Of a stretch of DNA of 29,275 bases, positions 1 through 8,228 are shown one piece after another; position 1 is the first letter of the stretch, and each line of letters opens with the position of its first letter. The notes beneath the pieces are model-generated. The model was not told the origin of the DNA, searched no databases, and saw only the letters and a program-made list of their open reading frames with translations. The DNA is from a virus (taxonomy: Duplodnaviria; Caudoviricetes). The stretch lies in IMG/VR virus record IMGVR_UViG_3300044512_000484, positions 1-29,275 of that record. One strand, 5' to 3'. The position numbers were made by a program, and so were the translations under genes.

Positions 1-2
1 AC

Positions 3-92
3 ATTATTCAATCTCTCCTAAGGCTGATTCCGAATAACGCTGAAGCCTTGGAAATCATCAAAGACACATTCCACTCAATCGAAGGAAATTAA
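3..92 (+). CDS. 3' end of a gene truncated by the window edge (hypothetical)
   Basis: Open frame IIQSLLRLIPNNAEALEIIKDTFHSIEGN* ends at TAA 90-92, one base before the next ATG at 94. Confidence 0.6.
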   Translation: MIQSLLRLIPNNAEALEIIKDTFHSIEGN

Positions 93-93
93 T

Positions 94-825
94 ATGAGCC
101 GCACACTGCAAGAAGACGACCGCCCCATCAATCCCTGTAAGAAGTTCCTACGCTGGGCTTCTGGTGACAAATGCTGGCGTTACTGGGACAAGGAATCCGA
201 GAAGATGGAGCTTGTTCCACACAAGACCCCTTTCATTGTCCTAGATCAGCTTTCCACCTGCTCTGGCTTTAATGACCGTAAGAACTGTGGCGTCTGGTCT
301 AACGAGGTTCGCAACCTGAAGCTCCCCATGCGAGTGCAGGACAAGGACGGCGAGGTGTTCTCTGGCCCTTGGCGCGAAGTGAAGGAGAAGGTGCATTACG
401 CCAAGTTCTGTGCCTCTGTTTACGCCGTTGCCAAGCTGGGAGACGACTACGAGATTGTGAACTTCCAATTGTCCGGTGCCGCATTGAGCGGATGGATCGA
501 TTTCGTTAAGGAACTGGGAGGCTCCAAGGCCGTCTATGGTGACGTTGTTGTTAGCGTCCCGTCTGTTGGCGAAGGCCGGAAGGGATCGGTGAACTACTCA
601 TTCCCAGAATTTAAGGTGGTGAGCAACACCCTCTCGGACGACGCCAAGGCTAAGGCAGACGAGGCCGATAGCACCCTCCAGTCCTACCTCACAGCCTATT
701 TCGCCGCATCCCCAGAAGGCAAGGCCGCAAAGGTGCACAGCGAGGAGATGGAAGCATACCAGCCTCCCGCTCCTAGCCCAGAGCCCACGCTGCCAGACGA
801 AGAAGACGACGAAATGCCCTTTTAA
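94..825 (+). CDS. Putative phage single-stranded DNA-binding protein
   Basis: Beta-rich core, Pro-rich linker and acidic C-terminus ending DEEDDEMPF (SSB-Ct-like); AAGGA upstream; lies in DNA-metabolism arm. Confidence 0.65.
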   Translation: MSRTLQEDDRPINPCKKFLRWASGDKCWRYWDKESEKMELVPHKTPFIVLDQLSTCSGFNDRKNCGVWSNEVRNLKLPMRVQDKDGEVFSGPWREVKEKVHYAKFCASVYAVAKLGDDYEIVNFQLSGAALSGWIDFVKELGGSKAVYGDVVVSVPSVGEGRKGSVNYSFPEFKVVSNTLSDDAKAKADEADSTLQSYLTAYFAASPEGKAAKVHSEEMEAYQPPAPSPEPTLPDEEDDEMPF

Positions 826-858
826 TTTTCGGTTAGTGTGTTCGTTCATAACAGCCCT

Positions 859-884
859 TGCTCCGTGGGGTTAATCACGGAGCA
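859..884 (+). other. Intergenic stem-loop downstream of the SSB-like gene
   Basis: TGCTCCGTG-gggttaat-CACGGAGCA, perfect 9-bp stem, with no strong U-tract after it. Confidence 0.7.
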
Positions 885-893
885 CCAATTTGA

Positions 894-1268
894 ATGGCAA
901 GAGTAGCCAGAACACGCAACGGAGGCAAATGGACGGAAAGCCAATACTGGTCAGCCATTCGTTCCGCCCTCCGTTCTAAGTTCCGCTACTGGACCCCCGC
1001 CACACAAGCCCTGAAAGCCGCCGAACGGCCCTCTAAATCCAAGAACAAACGTCTCAAATATGAATATCAATGCGCTAAATGCAAGAAGTGGTTCAAGCGT
1101 GCCGATGTGCAAATTGACCACATCATCCCATGCGGGAGCTTGAAATGCGCAGACGATATTCCAGCTTTCTTAGAGAGACTAACCCCAGAGGATTCGGCGG
1201 CTTTTCAGGTGCTGTGCTCCAAGGACCACAAGATTAAAACCCAAGCAGAAAGAAAGAGGCGTAAATGA
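894..1268 (+). CDS. HNH endonuclease
   Basis: CAKC...QIDHIIPC...FQVLCSKDHKIKT motif pattern. Confidence 0.85.
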   Translation: MARVARTRNGGKWTESQYWSAIRSALRSKFRYWTPATQALKAAERPSKSKNKRLKYEYQCAKCKKWFKRADVQIDHIIPCGSLKCADDIPAFLERLTPEDSAAFQVLCSKDHKIKTQAERKRRK

Positions 1269-1531
1269 AACGCTCCCCCCTTCGCCGCATCAGCAAGAAG
1301 CAACAGGAACGACTACGCACCTACTACCCCCTCCGCAAGCAATACCTCAAAGACCACCCCACCTGCGACCTGTGCGACAACGCCGCCACCGACATTCACC
1401 ACACCAAGAAACCAAGAGCCACCTACCTAAACGTCGTAGAGACATGGATGGGACTGTGCCGCATTTGCCATTCGCGAATAGAGAATGACAAGGCATGGGC
1501 CAGAGAGAACGGCTACCTAGAAAGCATATAA
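1265..1531 (+). CDS. Small HNH-like Zn-binding nuclease
   Basis: Basic MKRSPLRR N-terminus, CDLC, DIHH, LCRICH; short overlap with the upstream gene. Confidence 0.75.
   Translation: MKRSPLRRISKKQQERLRTYYPLRKQYLKDHPTCDLCDNAATDIHHTKKPRATYLNVVETWMGLCRICHSRIENDKAWARENGYLESI
1499..1531 (+). repeat. Copy 1 of an imperfect 33-bp direct repeat (3' end of the HNH gene)
   Basis: gccagagagaacggctacctagaaagcatataa matches 2246-2278 at 27/33 positions. Confidence 0.8.
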
Positions 1532-1578
1532 AAACTAATAGGCTGGCGAGTCCACCGATTTGCTGTCCCTTTTGAGTT

Positions 1579-2250
1579 ATGACGATTGAACCGATACCAA
1601 CCCAAGACGCCGAACCGTGGCTATTAAAGCGGCACTATGCCCGCCGAATGTGTCCTGTGTCGTATGCGTTCGGGGCGTATCGCGGGGGAGAGCTTCAAGG
1701 CGTAGTGACCTATGGAACACCAGTAAGTTCATCGCTTCGCAAGGGAATAGCCGGAGATGAGTGGGAGCCTCATGTATTGGAACTGAATCGCCTTTGTTGC
1801 GCAAGTGAAAAAAATATGGCAAGCCGTCTGGTAGGCCAATCGCTAAGAATGCTCCCGAAACCGTCGCTTGTTGTAAGCTACGCGGATACCGCACAGGGGC
1901 ATATCGGATATATCTACCAAGCGACGAACTTCCTATACACTGGGCTTAGCGCAAAGCGCACAGACTGGAAAATCAAAGGCCGCGAACACCTTCACGGGGC
2001 GACGGTTGCAGACGAAAGCCGAGGCCAAGCCAACCGAGCCGAATGGATGCGAGCAAAATATGGAGATGACTTTTACCTAGAGGACCGACCCCGCAAGCAC
2101 CGATACGTCTATGCCTGCGGAAGCAGGAAACAACGCGAAGCAATGCTGGATGCGCTTCGATACGAGGTAAAACCATACCCCAAGGGCGAAAGCCGCCGAT
2201 ATGATGCATCCGCGCTTATTGAGCTACAAACAGCCTTTGTTTTAGGCTAG
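1579..2250 (+). CDS. mom: Mom-like DNA adenine modification protein (GNAT fold)
   Basis: HYAR, GVVTYGTP, LELNRL and SYADTAQGHIGYIYQATNFLYTG motifs typical of the Mu Mom family. Confidence 0.8.
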   Translation: MTIEPIPTQDAEPWLLKRHYARRMCPVSYAFGAYRGGELQGVVTYGTPVSSSLRKGIAGDEWEPHVLELNRLCCASEKNMASRLVGQSLRMLPKPSLVVSYADTAQGHIGYIYQATNFLYTGLSAKRTDWKIKGREHLHGATVADESRGQANRAEWMRAKYGDDFYLEDRPRKHRYVYACGSRKQREAMLDALRYEVKPYPKGESRRYDASALIELQTAFVLG

Positions 2251-2278
2251 AGAAAACAACTACCTAGAAAACATTTAA
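2246..2278 (+). repeat. Copy 2 of the 33-bp repeat: remnant of an HNH gene 3' end (ARENNYLENI*)
   Basis: gctagagaaaacaactacctagaaaacatttaa encodes nearly the same peptide as the HNH C-terminus ARENGYLESI*. Confidence 0.8.
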
Positions 2279-2279
2279 C

Positions 2280-2474
2280 ATGACACAAGAAAGCATCACA
2301 CAACTAAAGAATGTTCAGGAATATCTGATTGAGGATATGTATTCCTGCTACTGCGACATCATCAACGGCGAGCCACAGGCGGAAGTGGACCTGTTCCAAT
2401 CCCTGCAACGCCTCAAGACATTTGCAGACGCCGCGCAAGGACTGGAGGCCGTAGATGGATTGCGATACACCTGA
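2280..2474 (+). CDS. Hypothetical protein
   Basis: 64 aa ORF tiling the + strand gene run. Confidence 0.6.
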   Translation: MTQESITQLKNVQEYLIEDMYSCYCDIINGEPQAEVDLFQSLQRLKTFADAAQGLEAVDGLRYT

Positions 2475-2736
2475 GCCTCCCCCGCCTAAGTGCTACCAAC
2501 GACAGGGCGGCAATGGATACGAATACATTTGCGAGTCCTATGGTAGTTCCAGAGACTCAGACGAGGAATACATCATTGACCTACACCCCGATCATTTCGG
2601 ATGCTCCTGTAAGCACGACTATTACAAATTGCGGGAAAAATACACGAATGGGGTTGATACTTCCAACATCTGCAAGCATACAGCCTTGGCAATGCAGCAG
2701 TTCTACATAGACCACATCATAAACAGAAAGAAATAG
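2455..2736 (+). CDS. SWIM-type zinc finger protein
   Basis: GCSCKH...ICKHTAL (CxC...CxH) preceded by a Y-x-I-x-L strand. Confidence 0.7.
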   Translation: MDCDTPEPPPPKCYQRQGGNGYEYICESYGSSRDSDEEYIIDLHPDHFGCSCKHDYYKLREKYTNGVDTSNICKHTALAMQQFYIDHIINRKK

Positions 2737-2737
2737 A

Positions 2738-3442
2738 ATGACAATGACAGACGAACAAACAGGCACCGAAGACTTCGCAACAAATTTTGACATACCCGAG
2801 GGGTGGAGCCAAGTCGTCGAAGGAATGTGGCAAGAGGGCGACCGCTTCTATAATTGGGACGATGGGTTTTGGGACCGCCTTATTGATGGATGCCACGAGT
2901 TTGTTAACGAATACGAATGCGTAATCCGCCCCAACAAGGAAGAGGAGAATTACACGATGATGACAGACGAAGAAATTGCGGCGAAAATGCCCGCTGGATA
3001 TTATCGGGTGGATGAAGGCGAATACAAGGAGGGAGATCTGGCAGTATTCACCACGGCATCTAAATTGGGGTTCAGCCCCGTTTCCTACACCCATGTGGGT
3101 TGCGAGATTTGTGCCCCGTATGTAGTAGCCCGCCCCATGAAGGGCTACAAGCCAGAGCCGGAGGAGCCGCCCCTGTTCCCCACAGGCGCAGAAGCCCGCA
3201 AGGAATACCCCGTAGGCACGTTCATTCGTGACTATTTCCCGCACGCTATTGCGGCCCTATCCCACCACAGCTACAAGGCGCAGCAACAGCATGGACCAGC
3301 CACCAATGGAGCCCCTATGGAGTGGCTCAAGGAGAAGAGTGTGGGCGACGGCAATCAAATGACGCGCCATTTCATGGAGCGCGACAACGTAGCTACGGCT
3401 TGGCGAGCATTAGAAATCCTTGAGCGGGAGCTGACGAAATGA
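2738..3442 (+). CDS. Two-repeat N-terminal region fused to a DUF5664-like (dATP/dGTP diphosphohydrolase-type) domain
   Basis: C-terminal PTGAEARKEYP...YFPHAIAALSHHS...W.KEKS...RHF...AWRALEILE; two PxG[WY]xxVxEGxxxEGD repeats. Confidence 0.6.
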   Translation: MTMTDEQTGTEDFATNFDIPEGWSQVVEGMWQEGDRFYNWDDGFWDRLIDGCHEFVNEYECVIRPNKEEENYTMMTDEEIAAKMPAGYYRVDEGEYKEGDLAVFTTASKLGFSPVSYTHVGCEICAPYVVARPMKGYKPEPEEPPLFPTGAEARKEYPVGTFIRDYFPHAIAALSHHSYKAQQQHGPATNGAPMEWLKEKSVGDGNQMTRHFMERDNVATAWRALEILERELTK

Positions 3443-3624
3443 AAATCACTATTGAATCAACCAAGCGGCACACGGTTTTCAGTAGAACCGCCTCTGTTTC
3501 TACTGACCACGACGACGTATTAGCAGAGGATCTAGTTGTGCTTCTACGACAAGTGTGCCTTGGTTATGGGTATGAACCCTTCACCGTAAACGGAATGTTC
3601 TCTGATGAAACCGACAACGAGTAA
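3439..3624 (+). CDS. Hypothetical protein
   Basis: ATGA-coupled to the upstream gene; 61 aa. Confidence 0.7.
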   Translation: MKITIESTKRHTVFSRTASVSTDHDDVLAEDLVVLLRQVCLGYGYEPFTVNGMFSDETDNE

Positions 3625-3763
3625 TACATTCTCCGTAGCAACGGCAATCCTCCTACTGTTGTCCACCGTTCTCATAATGGTGCAGCGTTCCGAAGAGGGA
3701 CTATTGCTGCTTGGGGCTGGCATTCTGTGTGCTGCGTTTGCGGCCATCACCCACCACCAATGA
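3605..3763 (+). CDS. Small two-TM membrane protein (not in ORF track)
   Basis: MKPTTSNTFSVATAILLLLSTVLIMVQRSEEGLLLLGAGILCAAFAAITHHQ*; fills the gap and its stop overlaps the ATG at 3760 (ATGA). Confidence 0.75.
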   Translation: MKPTTSNTFSVATAILLLLSTVLIMVQRSEEGLLLLGAGILCAAFAAITHHQ

Positions 3764-3966
3764 CACATAACTTTCCACAAACATACGAAGCCCTTGAGCA
3801 ACTGGCTAAGACCAAGAGCACGCAAGGCATGAGGATTCGTATGTTTGAAGAGGGGGGATACTGGCACTGGCAATGGTGCGTAAACGGCATTCCTGGCATT
3901 ATTGATTCTGGCAGCGTAAATGCGCCCAAGCCTATAGCCTTCGCTATGGCTGTGCGCTTCATCTAA
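3760..3966 (+). CDS. Hypothetical protein (start reassigned to ATG 3760)
   Basis: MTHNFPQ...; ATGA overlap with the upstream membrane protein gene. Confidence 0.65.
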   Translation: MTHNFPQTYEALEQLAKTKSTQGMRIRMFEEGGYWHWQWCVNGIPGIIDSGSVNAPKPIAFAMAVRFI

Positions 3967-3978
3967 ACAACAAGCAAC

Positions 3979-4755
3979 ATGAACAGATTATTCGCAGACA
4001 TTGAAACCAGCCCCAACATTGGATTGTTCTGGAGGTCGGGATACAAGCAGAACATCTCCTACGACAACATCATCCACGAGCGAGGCATCATCTGCATTGG
4101 CTACAAATGGGAGAACGCCAAACGTCCCGAATGTCTTACATGGGACGAGAACCAGGACGACCGTGAGATGCTGGAAAAGTTCACTAACATCTTGGCTGAA
4201 GCCGATGAGGTGGTGTTCCACAACGGGGACCGCTTTGATCTTCCTTGGATTAGGGCTCGCGCCCTCATGCACGATATTCCTGCATGGCCTGAGCCCAAGA
4301 GCCTTGACACCCTTCAGTGGGCTCGCCGTCGCTTCTATTTCAACTCCAACCGCCTAGACTATCTGGGAGAAATCCTGACGGGGGCAGGCAAGCTGAAAAC
4401 GGAATACGGAATGTGGAAAGACATCCTCCTTAATAAGTGCCCAAGTGCTATGGCAAAGATGGTGCGGTATTGCAAACGCGACGTTGTGAAGCTCCAAGAA
4501 GTTTATGAACGCCTCGCCGCATACTCTCCCGCAAAAACCCACGCTTCCGTCCTCAACGGTGGAGAAAAGTGGATGAGCCCACACGTTGCCGGATCAACGG
4601 ACGTCCAGCACAACAAGACTTATGTCACGGCGGCTGGCACGCCCAAGCACTATATGCGCTGCAACGTCTCCAACCGCACCTACACCATCTCTGACACTGC
4701 ATACAAGTATTACTGCGAATGGCGGCGGGACAACCCCAGAAAGGATGGGAGATGA
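3979..4755 (+). CDS. DEDD / RNase H-like 3'-5' exonuclease (RNase_H_2 / YprB-like)
   Basis: ExoI ADIETSP, ExoII HNGDRFDLPWI, SNRLDYL, ExoIII YCKRDV. Confidence 0.88.
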   Translation: MNRLFADIETSPNIGLFWRSGYKQNISYDNIIHERGIICIGYKWENAKRPECLTWDENQDDREMLEKFTNILAEADEVVFHNGDRFDLPWIRARALMHDIPAWPEPKSLDTLQWARRRFYFNSNRLDYLGEILTGAGKLKTEYGMWKDILLNKCPSAMAKMVRYCKRDVVKLQEVYERLAAYSPAKTHASVLNGGEKWMSPHVAGSTDVQHNKTYVTAAGTPKHYMRCNVSNRTYTISDTAYKYYCEWRRDNPRKDGR

Positions 4756-5309
4756 GAGATAAGAACTACAAATCATACGAAGAAGTGGAGAAAGAATCTA
4801 TATACGTTGGCCCTCTTCAACCCCACGCAGACAGATGGGTGAACTGGAGCGACACCATGAAAACCTACAAGTGTGAGGACACGGTTTTTCATGGGGCCAT
4901 AATTAACGGAGGCGATGAAGATGTGCTGGATGTGGGCACGCACACCAATAACTGCGTCTTCCAGGACTTTGATGTGTTTGGGGATACTTCCCGCTACATC
5001 ATCACCCTCAAAAGCCACAGCGAAGGGAACGTGTTTGAACGCTGGCGTGTTCACGAGCACGCTATGCGCTGCGATATTCAGCAGGGCAATTGGAGTGATT
5101 CAGACAACGGCACCAACCGCCGCAACCTCTACCGCGAATGGGTAAGTGAGAAAGGAAAGCCCTTTACATATTCCTATCGCTTCTTTAGCGGCAGCAAGCC
5201 CAAGTTCGAGAACATGGAGGTGAAGCACCTCTGGTGGCTCTCTGCGGCCATTACAGCCTACTTCTGGGGCAAGTGGGCGTGGGTTAAGGTAATCTCGTTA
5301 CTAAAATAA
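4752..5309 (+). CDS. Hypothetical protein, possible short beta-helix with hydrophobic C-terminus (start reassigned to 4752)
   Basis: ATGA coupling at 4752; repeats such as DTVFHG/NCVFQD/GNVFER, motif GGDEDVLD, Trp-rich hydrophobic tail. Confidence 0.55.
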   Translation: MRDKNYKSYEEVEKESIYVGPLQPHADRWVNWSDTMKTYKCEDTVFHGAIINGGDEDVLDVGTHTNNCVFQDFDVFGDTSRYIITLKSHSEGNVFERWRVHEHAMRCDIQQGNWSDSDNGTNRRNLYREWVSEKGKPFTYSYRFFSGSKPKFENMEVKHLWWLSAAITAYFWGKWAWVKVISLLK

Positions 5310-5329
5310 ATGGCACTAACCTAGAGGAA

Positions 5330-8224
5330 CTAGGGTTGTTGTGCGTTTGCATCCTCAAGCAAAAGCTCTGGGGCGAAGAAGTATGCAAACGCGGCCTTCT
5401 CTTCTTCTGGCGACATGTCCTTGGTGGCCTTGTTCCAATTAACAACATGATCATACACCTCACCACTAATACGGGCTGGAGCAACCATTCCTGCTGCCCT
5501 GCCTGTGGTTGAGCTTGCGGTCTTAACAAAGGCTCCAGAAATTGCTCCCATAAAGCCCTGGCGGACCTCCGCAGACGAACCAACGGCCTTCAAGAGCCTT
5601 TGGCCAGGATCAGAGAATATCACCTGTGCTGCCGCATTCTTCGCAATTAGATTAGGCCAGTTGCCTATGCTAGTGAATTGCTCACGGGAAAACGTTCCGA
5701 TATTTCCTACGTTTCTGCGGGCGTGAGCAATTCCCATTTCAAACTGAAGCCATCCCGTCAGCTTACTGAATGCGTCATCACCAACGATAGTGCGCAACGT
5801 TTCCTTCTGCTGTTTGGAACCGAACACGTCGTTGATTGCCTTGTTGATGTCGAACGTGGCGTTTTTACCGCCCTTAAGGGACTCAATGGTGCTTTCCGCT
5901 GCAATGCGGGATCGATCAAACACACGCCTAAAGGCAACAGACTGGACATCTGCCATTACGTCAGCGGGAAGCATGTTGACAATGGTGCGAACATAAGAGG
6001 GGCTATAATTACCGCTGAAGGCAAAATCATCCAAGAATTTGTTGGGGGCTTCAGCAACCATGCCGTAACGCCCCTTGCGCACCTGTGATGCTATCCCCTG
6101 ACCGAATAGGCGTTGCCGGTTTTCGGCTGCGTCTATGGCCTTTCTGAGATTGCCGGAGGCGGATCTAAAACCAAGCTCATCCACCTCCCTAACAAATTGA
6201 GAGACTTCCTGCGGAGACGGCAAAGCGTCACTCATAAAAATCTTGTTTTTCCCCTTTAGGTAGGAGAATCTGCGCATACCAGACTCAAGGCTGCGCCATG
6301 TCTTCTCGCTTCCAAATATCTCTGTCTTGTATTCAGGAGGAAGCCTCTCCATTCGCGTTAGCGAGTCTCCGAGGTCTGCGAGCTCCCTACCCCCAATGCG
6401 GAGAGCCTTACCTCCAATTATGTCGTCTGCCACGGCTCGGCGGAGTGCCTTGTATTGAACGGGGTCTAGGTATGCACCAACATTCTTCAATTCATTAAGC
6501 TTACCTTGATTAGAGAAATACGTGATAGCATCGGAATCGTTTAGGAATCCCCCCTGTCCCGGCATATCAATCATCTTTTTTAAGGCGGGGCTTGTATCAA
6601 ATGGCTCAAGGGAAAGGCGATAAGTCGTATCGGCGGCCTTTAGCATGTCGGCACCAGCTCCGCTATAGCTATTAATGCTAGTGCTTAGGTCATCGGAGAG
6701 GGCTTGAGCAATGCGGCGTGCCGTAGCGGGCTTAATTCCCTTAGAGAAACTCTGATCACTCCTAGAGGCTTCAAGCAACCTAGAGCGAAGAGAACGCACA
6801 GCGTCCACGCTTTGGAGCGTTGATCTAGCTTCTAATAAATCATTTACCTCTCGCAGCAATGGGGCATACAGGCCCAACGGCTCCTCAACTACCCTGCCGT
6901 CGCGCATTACACGCTTCTTTAGAACCAAGTTCTTAATTTCCTTGGCCAGCTTCGTAGTGGCCTTGAGTGCAACAATGCTGTCATCGGCTCCAGTCTTAGC
7001 CAGTTCGTCCTCAAATCCTTTGTAAAGCTCTCTGGCGTGCTTGTTGGCCCTGTCGTATGTGGATGCAACGGACGCCCGCACCTTTCCGCCTGCTGTAGTG
7101 ATAGATGGTGCTGACGCTCCTAAGTCTGCTAGCTCGCGTGAGACGCTGCCCTGTATATCTGCAAGTGCATCAACATAGCCCTCTTGGGATCTCCTAACGA
7201 TTGCGTCCTCTGCATTATTCAATGCGCCCACCATTCGGCCTACGGCGGTTTCTGGGCGTGCGGCGATCTTGTCCATGTCCCTAACCGCTTCCGCAACCAT
7301 TCCCTGCTCCCGACGAACCTTTTGCCCTGCCGCACCTAGACGGCCAAGCACTTCCATCATGCGCTCAGTTTCTTGTGGGTAACGTGCGCCCGTGGCCTCA
7401 CCAGCCGTGAGCGGAGCTTGAATGCCCATTTCTTGCAGTTTTTGCTGCCCCTCGCGGGCACTAGACGCAATCGCCTTACTAATATTTTCTCCGGCTTCTC
7501 CGGTTATGTCCGCAGCCCTAGCCAATTTTGAGCCCGGAATAGGAAACATTAAAGACGTTCCGGTTTCCACTGCTCCCTGCATCCCTCTGCGCCGAATTAT
7601 CTCAGGGATATTGGCAGGCTCTCCAGCGTATCTACGCACGGCGGCGTCCTGAATACCGCCAGCCACCTGACCGGCACCAGCAGACAATCCGCTAACGCCC
7701 AAGATCCTGAGAATGCTTGCCTGTGGGCTGGGAAGCATCTTTGCCGCCGTAATAAATGAGGCAACGGTTTCTGGAATATAACCAGCAACGTCTGCCGTAA
7801 CGTCTCCAATATCAAATCCAGACGGATCTAGTGGGGACCAGAAGGTTTCGCCTGCCTTGGTTTGGCGGACTAGCACACGCCCCTGGCTTCCGGGCTTGAC
7901 GTTTTCCGAACCCGCAAGGTTCTGTAAAAGTCTCAATCCCTCCTCTGGGGAGCTAGCGGCCTTATACACGGTCCTCCACCTTAGCGGAACGGCTCCCTCG
8001 TAACGAATAGGGTCTTCCAACCCAAGGGTGTTCTGTAAATTCTTGGCAGCAGTTTCTTTATAGTTTTCCTCATTCACCCCAGTCAGGACTGCTGGCTCCG
8101 GGGGCCTTGGCGAAACATTTTGTTCAGAAAACGCCCTAATTTCTGCACGTAGTTGTTCTGCACGCCCAGGATCGCTGTCCTTGACGGCTTCATACTCCTC
8201 AATGAGTTCGTTAAGGTTGGCCAT
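5330..8224 (-). CDS. Large internal virion / DNA ejection protein
   Basis: 964 aa, helical and Ala/Gly-rich with a hydrophobic GxxxG segment; last gene of the structural arm, as in podovirus ejectosome clusters. Confidence 0.6.
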   Translation of the reverse strand: MANLNELIEEYEAVKDSDPGRAEQLRAEIRAFSEQNVSPRPPEPAVLTGVNEENYKETAAKNLQNTLGLEDPIRYEGAVPLRWRTVYKAASSPEEGLRLLQNLAGSENVKPGSQGRVLVRQTKAGETFWSPLDPSGFDIGDVTADVAGYIPETVASFITAAKMLPSPQASILRILGVSGLSAGAGQVAGGIQDAAVRRYAGEPANIPEIIRRRGMQGAVETGTSLMFPIPGSKLARAADITGEAGENISKAIASSAREGQQKLQEMGIQAPLTAGEATGARYPQETERMMEVLGRLGAAGQKVRREQGMVAEAVRDMDKIAARPETAVGRMVGALNNAEDAIVRRSQEGYVDALADIQGSVSRELADLGASAPSITTAGGKVRASVASTYDRANKHARELYKGFEDELAKTGADDSIVALKATTKLAKEIKNLVLKKRVMRDGRVVEEPLGLYAPLLREVNDLLEARSTLQSVDAVRSLRSRLLEASRSDQSFSKGIKPATARRIAQALSDDLSTSINSYSGAGADMLKAADTTYRLSLEPFDTSPALKKMIDMPGQGGFLNDSDAITYFSNQGKLNELKNVGAYLDPVQYKALRRAVADDIIGGKALRIGGRELADLGDSLTRMERLPPEYKTEIFGSEKTWRSLESGMRRFSYLKGKNKIFMSDALPSPQEVSQFVREVDELGFRSASGNLRKAIDAAENRQRLFGQGIASQVRKGRYGMVAEAPNKFLDDFAFSGNYSPSYVRTIVNMLPADVMADVQSVAFRRVFDRSRIAAESTIESLKGGKNATFDINKAINDVFGSKQQKETLRTIVGDDAFSKLTGWLQFEMGIAHARRNVGNIGTFSREQFTSIGNWPNLIAKNAAAQVIFSDPGQRLLKAVGSSAEVRQGFMGAISGAFVKTASSTTGRAAGMVAPARISGEVYDHVVNWNKATKDMSPEEEKAAFAYFFAPELLLEDANAQQP

Positions 8225-8228
8225 AAGA

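Noticed and set aside
2738-3442. Z-genome (2-aminoadenine) pathway suggested by the DUF5664-like domain
   Set aside because: No purZ, datZ or polymerase gene in this window; one domain is insufficient
5310-5340. Short inverted repeat CCTAG-aggaa-CTAGG at the convergence of the two arms
   Set aside because: Stem too short and no U-tracts to call a bidirectional terminator
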